Shown: positions 47,749 through 58,742 of the stretch, in pieces
How positions within the stretch are numbered: position 1 is the stretch's first letter
How the letters are laid out: every line of letters begins with the position of its first letter
Virus record (IMG/VR): IMGVR_UViG_3300042922_000707
Location: 12,233-76,232 of that record
DNA: 64,000 nucleotides
Source: a virus
Strand: one strand, 5' to 3'
Made by a program: the position numbers and the translations under genes
Notes under the pieces: model-generated
What the model saw: only the letters and a program-made list of their open reading frames with translations
Database searches by the model: none
What the model was told of the DNA's origin: nothing

Positions 47749-49368
47749 TTATGGTACAATGGCAGACTTCCCAGTCTGTCTTCTTCCTTGCAATCCCTCT
47801 TTCCTTGAAACTGGCTTAACTATATCTAATAGGTAGCACAGTGAGTCAAGTAAGTCGTCTCCTGTCTTAGCCAGTGGAAAGAATATATACTGGTCCAAGA
47901 ACTCTTTTACCACATCAATTGTTTTATTTTCCCAATTCTTTTTGATAAGTGCTGGTGGTAGATACACACATGCATTCTCGAATCTTGGTACAAGCCCACG
48001 TATTCTATCCTCTTTTGACCTTGCCCTTGGTGCTAAAGCCCTTATGGAGAAGAAGTCATTTTCTATGCCCATTTTTTCTTGTGCGTAGAATTTAATGGTC
48101 TCCTGAAATCCGACTTCCTCGATTGCATAGACGTCTATTTTCCATTTATTCCTTAATTCAAATATTATGTCAACTCTTTCCTTTGGGTTCATCTTATCGT
48201 AAACTATGTCTAAAACAAACCAATGATTGTTGCGTGTTATTGCTGTAACCCATATAGCATTGTGGTCATTTTTCTTCTTCTTTTTTGACGCAGGGTCATA
48301 CGTCATTATTATTGTAACCTTTTCCCTTCTTGGCTTATCCAAGAGCTTCCAACCTTCACCCGGTATGTAGATTTCCCTTACAATTAGGTAGTGTGTCATA
48401 CCACTTCCCAACTCACCCAAATGAAAAACGTCACCCCTCCAATGTCTAATCCATCCATTTTTAAAGTCAGCCTTAGCCTCATCCAGTGGATTCAGCATGT
48501 ACTGGCAATTGAATATATAGTTACCTTGGATTCTTCTTTGCTCCTCAAGGAACTCTGGTGTTAGACGTTCTGGAAAGCTTAGTGTTCCATCCGCCATAAC
48601 TGCGGGCATAATGATAGCGTCAAATAGGTCTTTATACTCATCCCCTAACAACATGCTATACAAGTCGTTATAATGGAAACGTGTTCCTATAACTATCAAC
48701 TCTCTATAGATGTGTGGTGCCGGTGGGTCGAGTAGTGAGAAAGACAATTTAAAGTGTTGCTTTACTTTTTCAAGTTGCTCTGGTGTAGTAACATTCCTCT
48801 CGGAAACAAGGTCGTCCATTATTATTACATCATAGTGCTGGCCCGTTCTAGTTCTGTCTACTCCGGCACAGGAAACGTTAGGCTCCTTATTCATTAGCGT
48901 GGCATCCTCTCCAGACGGAGTATTAGAAAAAGTAGGATTGCCCACTATTATTAAGGAACTGTCTGTATCTCCACCTGTGATGTCGTCTCTTAATTTTAGG
49001 TGTGGAAATAGTTCTAATAATTTTCGGTTGTTTTTCAATTGCATACGAATTGAAGTTAAGTATGACTTAGCGTTTCCGTAAGTTTCATTGTCTATTAAAA
49101 TACGAACTTCAGGATTCCTTATCATTCGCTGTATGGAGTAACCTATGGTAACCTCTGTACTCTTGAATGTGGAACGTGCCAACTCTATGTGCAAATATCT
49201 CTTTCTGTCTGGTCTATTAATGAATTTATCTACTACTTTGTGTGGCCTAGGTCTCATATCCTTGTATCCTAAAACGTACCGGCACAGGTAGTACAAGTCT
49301 GTTTTACATTTTTCCCGCTCCACATCAAGCAGGTCGTCATTACTTATTGTATCTAGTGCTTGTGACAT
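47749..49368 (-). CDS. Terminase large subunit
   Basis: ARSTFKS Walker A, TGQHYDVIIMDD Walker B, VIGTRFHYND, nuclease YDPA, DDLLDSL. Confidence 0.92.
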   Translation of the reverse strand: MSQALDTISNDDLLDVEREKCKTDLYYLCRYVLGYKDMRPRPHKVVDKFINRPDRKRYLHIELARSTFKSTEVTIGYSIQRMIRNPEVRILIDNETYGNAKSYLTSIRMQLKNNRKLLELFPHLKLRDDITGGDTDSSLIIVGNPTFSNTPSGEDATLMNKEPNVSCAGVDRTRTGQHYDVIIMDDLVSERNVTTPEQLEKVKQHFKLSFSLLDPPAPHIYRELIVIGTRFHYNDLYSMLLGDEYKDLFDAIIMPAVMADGTLSFPERLTPEFLEEQRRIQGNYIFNCQYMLNPLDEAKADFKNGWIRHWRGDVFHLGELGSGMTHYLIVREIYIPGEGWKLLDKPRREKVTIIMTYDPASKKKKKNDHNAIWVTAITRNNHWFVLDIVYDKMNPKERVDIIFELRNKWKIDVYAIEEVGFQETIKFYAQEKMGIENDFFSIRALAPRARSKEDRIRGLVPRFENACVYLPPALIKKNWENKTIDVVKEFLDQYIFFPLAKTGDDLLDSLCYLLDIVKPVSRKEGLQGRRQTGKSAIVP

Positions 49369-49409
49369 TAATTCACCCCCTGTTTTTAAATTCTTTTCTA
49401 CGCAACATT

Positions 49410-49438
49410 ATTATAATACAAAAGCCCATGGAATACAA
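49410..49438 (-). promoter_or_regulatory. 17-bp-spacer promoter for terminase, overlapping an upstream terminator
   Basis: TTGTAT-N17-TATAAT; GCCCATGG/CCATGGGC hairpin at 49424-49450 followed by TTTT. Confidence 0.6.
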
Positions 49439-49487
49439 TATCCCATGGGCCTAATTGATAAATTATATTTAATTGATTTGTAACGGG

Positions 49488-49946
49488 TTACTTCAACTTA
49501 CGCAGTCTTTCTATCAGTTCCTTAGGTGGCACCTCACCTTTATACCTATCCCGAAGTTTTTCTTTATCAATTTCCTGAACTTCCAGGTACAGGGTTTGTG
49601 GGCCATTTCCATTAAAATGAGTTGATGCAGTCCAATTGTCCGCATTTAAAATCTTAACTGGTGATGCTTGATTATTCTCTCTATCGTAGAGGAATACATA
49701 CTCCCCATTCTTTGCATTTCTTTGCTCAATGGTGACATCGTTGTGCCAGTCCACATGCAGTACTGGACAGAATGCCTTACAGCCGTTAGGGCAGTTCATA
49801 CTAAATGGGGAGGGCATGCTGTCTCTTGTAGGACCTTCTACGCCTACTTGCATGTGCATTATAAAAGTTTCTCCGCACACCTCACATCTGTATGTAAATT
49901 TTTTCCATACTACCACTGGTGTTATGAATCTACGCAATCTACTCAC
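49488..49946 (-). CDS. Hypothetical Zn-ribbon protein
   Basis: CEVCG and CPNGC motifs. Confidence 0.65.
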   Translation of the reverse strand: MSRLRRFITPVVVWKKFTYRCEVCGETFIMHMQVGVEGPTRDSMPSPFSMNCPNGCKAFCPVLHVDWHNDVTIEQRNAKNGEYVFLYDRENNQASPVKILNADNWTASTHFNGNGPQTLYLEVQEIDKEKLRDRYKGEVPPKELIERLRKLK

Positions 49947-50420
49947 CTACCTCCATAATCCTTTATTCAAATTAACATTGCTGTAGTTAGCATTACCAGT
50001 AACTTCCAAACCAAACCATGCCGGTGGTATGTAGGCTGCCGCTTTCTCCTCTGTTGGGAACTGGACTTCCACAGTCATAAGCCCATATAGGCTACCCAGA
50101 TACATGTCAACCTCGGCATATAAGTTTTGCTCTAGGTCCAATAGGTACTTGAACCTATTCTTTGACAGCACATTACTACTCTGATTTGCAAACGCTTCAT
50201 ACATCTGTTTGTTTATTGGCATTTCATTCTCATCTCTGTAGTCACCAGAGGGTATCTTTGTGGTAAACGTGTGTTCAGAATACAATCCCCCACTCCTTCT
50301 AACTCTTATTTCTGGAGTCTCGCTTATATAAGCTTGAACGATGTTCGTAACACTCTCAGGTTCAATTGGCAAATCCGGCAACTTTTCTACTAAAAACTTT
50401 CTTTCAATTTCTAATGGCAT
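49947..50420 (-). CDS. CYTH (triphosphate tunnel metalloenzyme) domain protein
   Basis: EIERKFLV, QAY, RVR, KNR, EVD, PAWFGLEVT. Confidence 0.88.
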   Translation of the reverse strand: MPLEIERKFLVEKLPDLPIEPESVTNIVQAYISETPEIRVRRSGGLYSEHTFTTKIPSGDYRDENEMPINKQMYEAFANQSSNVLSKNRFKYLLDLEQNLYAEVDMYLGSLYGLMTVEVQFPTEEKAAAYIPPAWFGLEVTGNANYSNVNLNKGLWR

Positions 50421-50422
50421 AA

Positions 50423-50842
50423 TTATTTCACCTCACTTATATTTTTCCATTGCTCTAAATACTTCCAGTCCTCTAAATAACCGCAGTTATTGGAGTATGG
50501 TATAAAGTTGGGACCTAACTCCGTTGACTCATAATATGGAAATCCCTTGCATACGTTAGGTCTTGCATTATGATTCTTACATTTTAGTGTAACATGGTCA
50601 AAACTATTGCACTTCCACCAGTATGTATCGCCCACCGCCTTAAATACAGCGTTAAATTCTGCCTCTGGGCGTAGTTTAAATGCCTCCAAAGCACTTATAG
50701 GTACCCAGTTTTCCTTAATGAATATAGCGTCTTCATTACCTGAGTCCGCCTCTTTGGCTATGAACTCCGGGGAGCCATGCTTCCCCAGAATTATAGCCTT
50801 ACAACAACTGCCACACATTTTACAATTTCCCAATTGTGCCAT
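50423..50842 (-). CDS. YkgJ-family cysteine cluster protein
   Basis: CKMCGSCC...C...C..H..RPNVCKGFP. Confidence 0.85.
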   Translation of the reverse strand: MAQLGNCKMCGSCCKAIILGKHGSPEFIAKEADSGNEDAIFIKENWVPISALEAFKLRPEAEFNAVFKAVGDTYWWKCNSFDHVTLKCKNHNARPNVCKGFPYYESTELGPNFIPYSNNCGYLEDWKYLEQWKNISEVK

Positions 50843-50847
50843 CTCCC

Positions 50848-51795
50848 TTATGCTACTTTTAGTAATTTCAGGGCACCATCTAATAATGGGTGTCCGTCAA
50901 TAGTTTTTTCAAAGTTCTTTTCATTGTATGTTGGTGTCCATCTAAATGGCTTGGTGTGGGTTGCAAAATCGCTTACTGCATTTATTACACCCCATTGAGT
51001 ACCCTTAAACTTCTTAAGGTCTGGTGCCTCATCATACCTTAGGAAAAACTCATTTCTCAATGCAATTATATTGTCCTCTTTCTGGGCACCTGCCTCGTCC
51101 GGCATTGGTATTAATGCCTCAATAAACTCCACTAACTCCTTTCCACCAATGGACTTATTAACAAGCTTATTCGCGGAAGCCTCCAAGTTACCCATATAAT
51201 TTGCAGTGAGCTCCAATGTTTTTCTGGCTTCCTCCATCTTGTACTCCATTTTACCTATATGGTTTACAGACCAAGTTCTTTTTGCCTGCCCTAAGGCTAA
51301 GTTAAGGGTATTTTGACACACAACTCTAATTGGTGTAACAGCAACCTTAACAGCACCCTTTCCATCATGTCCATTGGTAAATACTAAATAGGGCACAAAT
51401 TCATCTTCTAGAATGTATGTGGAAGGCATTTTAGCAAGTAGCCAAACTCTTCTCCCAAAATTCAAGCTACCAGCAGTTTCATAAGTAACTCCACCACCAA
51501 GTAGTTCATCGGTAAATGCAAACGCATCCTTATTCTGCACTATTTTATATTGTCCTGAAACTATGCCCAGTGGGTGCCCATTGTCACTTCTTACATTGCA
51601 TATGGTATTGGCAATAGTCTGTATGCCCCCACCTTCCTGTGGTACATTAGTAAATACTGGCATTGGTATAACTTCCCAATCCAATCCCGCAAGGTGCATT
51701 GCATCCTCGGAAGTCGGTGCATCCTTAATTACCTGCCCCAGTCCATGCCATGGAACTTGTCTAACACTAAACATTGATTCTACATTAGCCGCCAT
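50848..51795 (-). CDS. DUF932 family phage/plasmid protein
   Basis: MFSVRQVPWHGLG, AGLDWEV, YETAGSL, N.HDG, TPIRVVCQNTLNLAL. Confidence 0.9.
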   Translation of the reverse strand: MAANVESMFSVRQVPWHGLGQVIKDAPTSEDAMHLAGLDWEVIPMPVFTNVPQEGGGIQTIANTICNVRSDNGHPLGIVSGQYKIVQNKDAFAFTDELLGGGVTYETAGSLNFGRRVWLLAKMPSTYILEDEFVPYLVFTNGHDGKGAVKVAVTPIRVVCQNTLNLALGQAKRTWSVNHIGKMEYKMEEARKTLELTANYMGNLEASANKLVNKSIGGKELVEFIEALIPMPDEAGAQKEDNIIALRNEFFLRYDEAPDLKKFKGTQWGVINAVSDFATHTKPFRWTPTYNEKNFEKTIDGHPLLDGALKLLKVA

Positions 51796-51832
51796 CTATT
51801 GTTCCTCCTTAATAAATTAAATGCTTTAATAC

Positions 51833-51862
51833 ATTATACACGGGTTCAGTTATGATTGTAAA
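51833..51862 (-). promoter_or_regulatory. 18-bp-spacer class promoter
   Basis: TTTACA-N18-TATAAT, GA at spacer positions 10-11. Confidence 0.8.
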
Positions 51863-51865
51863 GTG

Positions 51866-51906
51866 AAAAAGTGGATGACTTTTTAAATCACCCACTTTTT
51901 TTTTTT
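51866..51906. terminator. Bidirectional intrinsic terminator
   Basis: AAAAAGTGG.TGA/TCA.CCACTTTTT stem flanked by A and T runs. Confidence 0.75.
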
Positions 51907-51909
51907 GCA

Positions 51910-52164
51910 CTAAAAGTCTATCAACCCTAAAATGCAGTATCCATCTATCAATCCAAATTCTGGACAGTCCTTCAACACATAAGAAACTATCTTAAGTATC
52001 ACCCGACCAGTGTAATCCTGCTCCTTACTCCACTCCTCTAGTAGCAATACATCACCAACTTGATAGTCTCTGTCATTGAGCCTCAGCTCAAATGTCTTAT
52101 GTCCACCTTTAACATCATTAAAATAAGGCTGGAGTGTTTTTACTCTATGCGTCATAGTAGGCAC
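51910..52164 (-). CDS. DUF3850 / ASCH-like protein
   Basis: H.VK..PYF..V..G.KTFELRLNDRDYQVGD...YTGR. Confidence 0.9.
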   Translation of the reverse strand: MPTMTHRVKTLQPYFNDVKGGHKTFELRLNDRDYQVGDVLLLEEWSKEQDYTGRVILKIVSYVLKDCPEFGLIDGYCILGLIDF

Positions 52165-53071
52165 CTAAATCCCACTGGCTAAAATAAGGGCCACATACTT
52201 CCATATTTGATTTTCCATTTTCTTAAAGTGACCTTCATTGGAAAACGGACTGCATTTAGGAAGGCTTAGTCTTGCTATGCTTTTATTAATGTTATGGTAC
52301 AGTTCAAAATCTCCTGTTTCCGTGTGAACTATCAACCCTAAATTGCCATCGTTTCTTATGAAATTGAGCTTTTTATAGTCACCCGTTCTATTGTGTAACC
52401 AATAGCCTCTATCAAGTGCCAACCGCTCAGCTTGGTTAGCCCTTTCTCTTATTTCTACGTCTTCCATACGTGCTCCTTACTACGACATCCAATTTTCTAC
52501 TATCCAAATAGTTTTGCACAAGTGTCCTATCCTTATTTATAAGGGGTAGTCCAACCCTGTCAAACATCCTTGCTTCCTTGGTGTAGTCCGCACCTAGGAA
52601 AAACTTAGCGTGGCAATGCGCCATATGAAATGCCTCCTATGCACATTCTAAATTCTTTTCGATGTACACTTTGTACCTTGGGTCGTATACTGCGACACAC
52701 CATACATCGAACTTGGTGTTCTTCTCAATCTTTCCGGCCTGTATTCCGGACCTTTCCAGAAACTCCTCCAGCCCTTTTTTGTCCTTGCAGTAAACATAAT
52801 AAATCTTGTGGTAAGATACAAAATACTTAGGTGTCACACTCTCTCTATCTACCTTAATTTCCATTTTAATACCTCCGACTTAATTTTGTGGTCCAAAGTG
52901 TTTCATGCATGGATAATCATTACAGAACTCGCAATTGGGCAGTCCACAAGGGGCTTGCCTACCTTCAATTAGACTTTTACACCCAAGGCACCCCTCAATT
53001 TGGCGAGTATTGCAACCCTTTAGGTCAACGCCATATTCCTGATAGCAACAAGCGGGTATAAACTTTTCCAT
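52165..53071 (-). CDS. Cluster of four small hypothetical genes (52165-52467, 52436-52624, 52637-52864, 52880-53071)
   Basis: Each has a purine-rich RBS; the last is Cys-rich. Confidence 0.6.
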
Positions 53072-53281
53072 TTAATCACCTCCTTTATTTTGACACAGCA
53101 CGGCACACTACTCTTACCATACAAAACCCTATAAGAACTCCTATAATGAAATACTTCATAAACAATCACTTCCTTTTACGTGTCATCAAAATTATTATCT
53201 CAACCGCGTCTATAAGTGCGTCAAGGCTCAAATAGACCATGGATGTTAGTGCCAATGCCCTAAGTATAACCATAGGAGCGC

Positions 53282-54631
53282 CTAAAATAGTACGTCATTC
53301 TTTTCCGGGTGTATGCCCTTAAAGACTGGAAATTGTAGACTCAAGTTGCCATTTTTGTCTTTCATTTCTTCATAGTATTGAACCCTTATTACTTTATCTA
53401 TTATTAAGTTTGGATTGTCCCAGAACCTGATACGATGTCCGTCTATTCTTTCCCCGGTCTTTGCATCCTTCTCAAAGGTTTTAAATCCGGAACCTACACC
53501 AACCTTGAATCCTTTATAGTCCACGTACACTCCACCTAACTTGCCCTTTAGGTTTCCTTTTCCCTCAAACACACCTGTGACAACTAAGTCTGTCTCGGTC
53601 ATTTTCTTTATTTTTAGCATATCGGATGACCTGTCCCAATTGTAAGGCACATCAAATTTAACCATCAGACCTTCCCACTTCTTGCTCAACGCCATTTCAA
53701 AGCAGGTGGCTATCTCAAGGTCAGGGTCAATATCCTCTTCAAAATTATACTCAAATACGTTATCCAACAACACCAAATTACTTGCTTTGCTTTCGTAAAG
53801 ATATCCCTGAAGTAATCTATAGCGTAGAAAGTATCCCAACTGGGTTCTCTTTTCTTCCCACTCTGATATGGACATTGTATCCCAGATAAAATAGTTTGCA
53901 CTTGTTTTATCTATAGACTGTTCACTGAATGCTAACTCCTGTATTTTAGAGAACTTGTCATTTTTATCTGCCAGCTCCCCGTCAAATACACATCCCACTG
54001 GTAGGCATTGGGCAACCTGCTGTTTTATAAAGTCGAACCCTGGTATTTGAACGCCATTACTACTCTTAATTACTACACCATCGGGGTAATGAAAGGCAAC
54101 CATACGATAACCATTCATTTTACGCTGTAGCCAAAACGGTCTGTTTATTGACTCTCCGCTCCACAGCTCAGCCTTCATTACATTAAATACTGGTATTAAA
54201 TCCTTAAATACTTGGTTGATTGTCTTTGAGCTCATCCCCATTTTTAAGTCCTTTAGGAATATTCTTCTTGACCACTCAAAAAACAACTCGTCATCCTGAT
54301 TTATAAAGGCTCTCACTGCCGTCATTGCGTTATTGCCAGTTAATTCATTACTGGATAGTTTATCAAGTAGCTCAAATAGCTCACCTGCATCACTGCCTAC
54401 TTTAAACAAAGCTCGGCCGGAACGAAGAGCAACAGGTTTCTGTTCATAATGCCCAACCATCCTTTCTCCTATATTATACACTAAAGCCTTATTAAATGTA
54501 TAGTACAGAATTTGTTTGAGTAGTTCTGATTCATTTTGCTCCAGAAGTGACAACTTTTCATTTCGGCTGGAAGTTTTCTCAATTTGTGAGAACACCTCAA
54601 AGCATTTCTTTAACTCACTAACTTGTGCCAT
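53282..54631 (-). CDS. ATP-dependent DNA ligase
   Basis: Motif I QRKMNGYR, VFDGEL, YFIWD, EGLMVK, MLKIK, VGSGF, SLQFPVF; start moved to MAQV. Confidence 0.92.
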   Translation of the reverse strand: MAQVSELKKCFEVFSQIEKTSSRNEKLSLLEQNESELLKQILYYTFNKALVYNIGERMVGHYEQKPVALRSGRALFKVGSDAGELFELLDKLSSNELTGNNAMTAVRAFINQDDELFFEWSRRIFLKDLKMGMSSKTINQVFKDLIPVFNVMKAELWSGESINRPFWLQRKMNGYRMVAFHYPDGVVIKSSNGVQIPGFDFIKQQVAQCLPVGCVFDGELADKNDKFSKIQELAFSEQSIDKTSANYFIWDTMSISEWEEKRTQLGYFLRYRLLQGYLYESKASNLVLLDNVFEYNFEEDIDPDLEIATCFEMALSKKWEGLMVKFDVPYNWDRSSDMLKIKKMTETDLVVTGVFEGKGNLKGKLGGVYVDYKGFKVGVGSGFKTFEKDAKTGERIDGHRIRFWDNPNLIIDKVIRVQYYEEMKDKNGNLSLQFPVFKGIHPEKNDVLF

Positions 54632-54642
54632 TGTACCCTCCA

Positions 54643-55885
54643 CTATTTTGATTTACCTGAACAGTATTCATATTTTGTAGCCTTATACTGATTGTCCCTT
54701 ACTACATCTGCACTCAATCCGAAGCGTTTTCCGGTTATGCCACATGCACTACACCTATATACATCATGGACTGAATGCTTGCCAACAACTGTGTAGGCGT
54801 TCTGTTTTTCCCAATTGTGGGCAACCTTAGACTGACTGGTATCCTCTAATATTTCCACATAGACTAATTCTCTTGGTGCCTCATTTGGTCGGAGTGTGTT
54901 ATTAAAGTTATCAATTAGGTCTATTGCATACTGCTCTGCATCCGACCCGTCTTTGATATCATACTCCTCTGCCCATTCCATTTGTGTTACCTTGTTTCTA
55001 ACCTTCATTGAGATTTTCATTTTATTCCTCCTCTGCATCCCAATTTTCTAATTCCACATTGAACCCACATTTCTGTAGTATCTCAGTTGATTGTTTATAT
55101 TGGCTACCATAGAATGTGTGTGTGGACAAATAATAGTGCCCCTCAAAGGAGTTGGGGTCCTTTGGGTTTTTTGGCTCTATCCATCCTGAGTACTGCTCTA
55201 TTTTCAGTATGTGCGTCTCGGATTCTTGATTTATTGCCCTAAGCTCTCTCCAATTTCTAATAAGTATGGGTTTTTCATCCTTGTCCATTTCTATCCCTCC
55301 CTGTGTTTTATTTTTAATGACGGTGTGGTTTTTGGGTAACTGTAGCCTTTAAATCCGATACAAACTGCTGAAAGTTCTCTTTTTGCATAGTTATAAAAGA
55401 GCCCTGCTGTAAGTTGCAAGGGACGGAATTAACGCTTAACGTAAACGCAACTTGCTCTTTCATCTCGGAAAGAACTCTTATACTATAAATGTTCTTGGAC
55501 ATTATTATCCACCTCCTCTTTGGCACTGTCCATTGCAATCCCCAACATACAAAATGAGCACCTGTTGTCACAAGTACCCTGGCATTGATGCTCGGAACAA
55601 CTGACAATAAGTGCTTGATATGCTCTTTCAATATCTTGATTTCTTGCCACTGGCATGTTATCTACACTCCTGAACAAGATTTACTATAACAGCATGTGCG
55701 TTGGATAACAAAACAGCGGCTTCCGCTCTAAATGCGTTTGGGTTTAGGCATTCATTTCGGATAGTTCTTATTACCTTTAAAGTAGTTTCCACGTCTGCAT
55801 CTGGCACAACTGCATCTTCATACACATCCATACGATTTAGGTCAACTTTACACTCTGTCTCAAGTTCTAACTCTTTTTCTTCCAT
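54643..55885 (-). CDS. Cluster of small hypothetical early genes (54643-55020, 55022-55288, 55314-55502, 55483-55656, 55658-55885)
   Basis: Tightly packed; starts chosen from RBS positions. Confidence 0.6.
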
Positions 55886-56039
55886 TTCAATACCTCCTCT
55901 ATTGGTGGGGCGGACAGGACTGGCTGCCTGTAAGTCTCTCGGTATTGCATTAAGCAAGTTTGATGGACCTGACTACCACCAAAGGTTGCGACCCTTTTTC
56001 CAAAGCGTGCATTATTTCTGCCACCGCCCCTTATAGTAC

Positions 56040-56069
56040 AGTATAAAACCATTCATTTGCTACTGTAAA
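56040..56069 (-). promoter_or_regulatory. 18-bp-spacer class promoter
   Basis: TTTACA-N18-TATACT, GA at spacer positions 10-11. Confidence 0.8.
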
Positions 56070-56584
56070 ATAATTTTTTGTATGAGTTCCGTATACTTCG
56101 AATCATCAGGCTCCAAATTTAGCAAACTTTCCTGAAAGAAGGTTCCTACGTATTTAAACTCAACCCTCACTACATTCCCATCTTTAGCCTTGTACCACCT
56201 AGGTCCAGTGTTAGTCAGATACTTAAAGTACTCAAAACCACTGCTATTCCACTGTTTAGCAGGAGCGATATCACCCTCACCCCGCTTTACGACAACTAAT
56301 TCACGTGTATCCTGCAGACCATAGTCAATGCTACCATTTGACCTTTTATACTTGTATACCTTACCAGTTACTTTAACTTCCGTACCTACTGTCAACTCTG
56401 TCTTCAGCCACGCTTTTGCCATAGTGAACCATAAATGGTCAGATATTATCTCATCTCCACGCCTAACACCAGTAATTATAGCGGTATTCCACTTTGAGCC
56501 ATCGCCCTCCTTAACACCATACCGAACAAAAGTACCCGTAATAGTAATTAGACTGCCCACAAGTGATTTAAGCTTGTCTCTCAT
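56060..56584 (-). CDS. Hypothetical protein, OB-fold-like N-terminus
   Basis: GTFVRYG...DHLWF...G.V.KY...DYGL. Confidence 0.6.
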   Translation of the reverse strand: MRDKLKSLVGSLITITGTFVRYGVKEGDGSKWNTAIITGVRRGDEIISDHLWFTMAKAWLKTELTVGTEVKVTGKVYKYKRSNGSIDYGLQDTRELVVVKRGEGDIAPAKQWNSSGFEYFKYLTNTGPRWYKAKDGNVVRVEFKYVGTFFQESLLNLEPDDSKYTELIQKIILQ

Positions 56585-57267
56585 TCGGATTACCACCATT
56601 CAATAAGTTTTCCAAGTCTGAGATTACTAAGTTCAGCATATTCATTTGACCGGCATGCAGTCCCTTCTCATAGTCAACCATAAAGGGTGAAAGTGACTTC
56701 CTTAATTCCAGTTTTTTATTGTTGTAATACTGTAGTAAATTTATTATGCCGTCTCGTGTCACTAGAGCTATAGGTACTAAATCAGATGGGCTGAGTCCAT
56801 TCTTTGGGCTTTCCACCTTGCACCTGTATTTGAATCTGATTCTTAATATGAATTGCCCACAAATTGGATCAACCTCCGACTCTGTTCCTATACATACTAT
56901 ACTATCAGGGTCGATGTTTGGAATTTTATCAATCATAGACTGAACTGCCATTGCCTTTTGACCCCTAATAATGGTGTTATCAACCATTGACGTTGACAAT
57001 CTTTCCCACATTGGAAATTTTGCAACATACTGCCATACATTTACTTCATCCTCTTTCATTTTTAACCTCCACTCATCATTAATCCTCTACAACTAGGGTT
57101 GCCTTTTTCTTTAGAACCTTGTGGCTGGGTAAGATATTAGTCTCAGTAAAGTTCTTGCTCAAATTGAACGCCTGTGACCAATTTATTTTGACGTAATAGC
57201 CTGAATCTTCAAATATATCCCCAATTTCAAGGTCCTCAAATTTAGTGTCCTTAACTTTTATATCCAT
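56568..57267 (-). CDS. Two hypothetical genes (56568-57059, 57079-57267)
   Basis: GGAGGT RBSs. Confidence 0.6.
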
Positions 57268-57277
57268 TTTAACCTCC

Positions 57278-57601
57278 TTACTCAAATTCATACATATCAA
57301 TTAGGGCACCCGCTGAAATATCGTCCGCATACACGTAAGCCTTACAGCCAAAGAATGCTTCATTATGGTCATAGGAACAATCTAACTTGCTACGGTCCAA
57401 TTCATCCACATCCACCTCAAATGACACTAAACTTTCTGGACTAAATCCACGTATCATTAAAAACTTAGCCGAGTTATCTACGGAATCCGCCAAGTACACG
57501 ACACCATCACAACTGCGGTTTATTCCTTCCTCTTGAATACTGTCCATATTGTTTTTAAGTGTACAGTGGTACAGTTTTCTAACTTTAATATCGTCGTCCA
57601 T
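57278..57601 (-). CDS. Putative ADP-ribosyltransferase-fold (Tpt1/KptA C-terminal-like) protein
   Basis: LYHCT...SIQEEGI...VYLA...FEVD...YVY..DI. Confidence 0.55.
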   Translation of the reverse strand: MDDDIKVRKLYHCTLKNNMDSIQEEGINRSCDGVVYLADSVDNSAKFLMIRGFSPESLVSFEVDVDELDRSKLDCSYDHNEAFFGCKAYVYADDISAGALIDMYEFE

Positions 57602-57611
57602 TTTATACCTC

Positions 57612-58742
57612 CTAGGATTCTATTTTTATGCCACACTCGGGGCAAAATCTGTAGTGATAGTTATTTATTATTGTATCGCAGTCAGGACATCTATCAAATC
57701 CATCGTCCCTCACTAATTTCTTTCCCGGTATCGTATTATATTCGTAAAGCCCACAACCATTATTTTTGCTTACACCACTATTATAAAATTCACTCTTGGG
57801 ATTCCCACAGCTACAATTTTCCTCATCCGTAGTCATACTACTTGATGGTATTAACGACCTGCCATTAACTACTATTGCAATGCCATTCCACACTTTTAGC
57901 TCAACCTTTGATTTACAATTAAGGCATTTTCCCATTTTCATCACCTCTTATAAATTTAATTCTGCATAAATACAAATTCCAGTGCATATTAATAAGTCTC
58001 TATGTCTAAACCCAAACCCTATCGTTGCCATTCAACTGGCATAGTCCTTAAAAATATTAACACAGCATCTCTAATTTCTTCCATCGTAGTTGCTTTTTGT
58101 AGTGCTTCCTCTATTTTATCATACTCAAACTCATCCATTACATAAATATTAGCCATTCCATCCTCCTAAGCTACCATTCCGTGTAAAATTCTGTCTATAA
58201 TTAACGATTTCAACTGTCTTACATTGCTACACGCTAAAAGGTCCTCTTTACTGATAACAACCCTTCCTTCCTTTGTGTTACCAGGGCTCATAAGTAGTAC
58301 CTGACTGTAGGACACATAAAAATGGTAATACTTTGTAGCCTCTCTAAAAGAATCTACTATAATTAAATACTTAGGGGTACCACGTCTTTGTGCCTCAAAG
58401 GGCTTCCTCAAAAACACATAAATCAATGGGTCAATTTGGTACCTAGCGTCGATTTTGTTCATCTTTTCCTCCTTGGTGTTTCCTAAAATTTCATAGCCCA
58501 GAAATGTAAGCAGTATCCCGATATTCAGTCCCGATGCAAATATTAGAGTCTCTTTAGTCATCCACAGCCTCCACAAGTGATATTATATAACACATAGCGT
58601 CCAGCCTGCAAAACTCTGATTCATCTATTTCTGTAAAGTCCTCCAGCAGTTCTGGGGTGTTCTTACATTCACTTAAATCATCTGACGTTATAAAAAGGGA
58701 TTCCTCTTCATGATTTGCCCAAAATCTACTCAATGTGCTCAC
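57612..58742 (-). CDS. Small hypothetical genes (Zn-ribbon 57612-57941; 58166-58561; 58554-58742)
   Basis: CxxC pairs in the first; N-terminal TM in the second. Confidence 0.55.

Noticed and set aside
1737-54631. Inteins or group I introns in polA, helicase, terminase or ligase
   Set aside because: Conserved motifs are colinear at normal distances; no splice-junction or homing endonuclease signatures seen.
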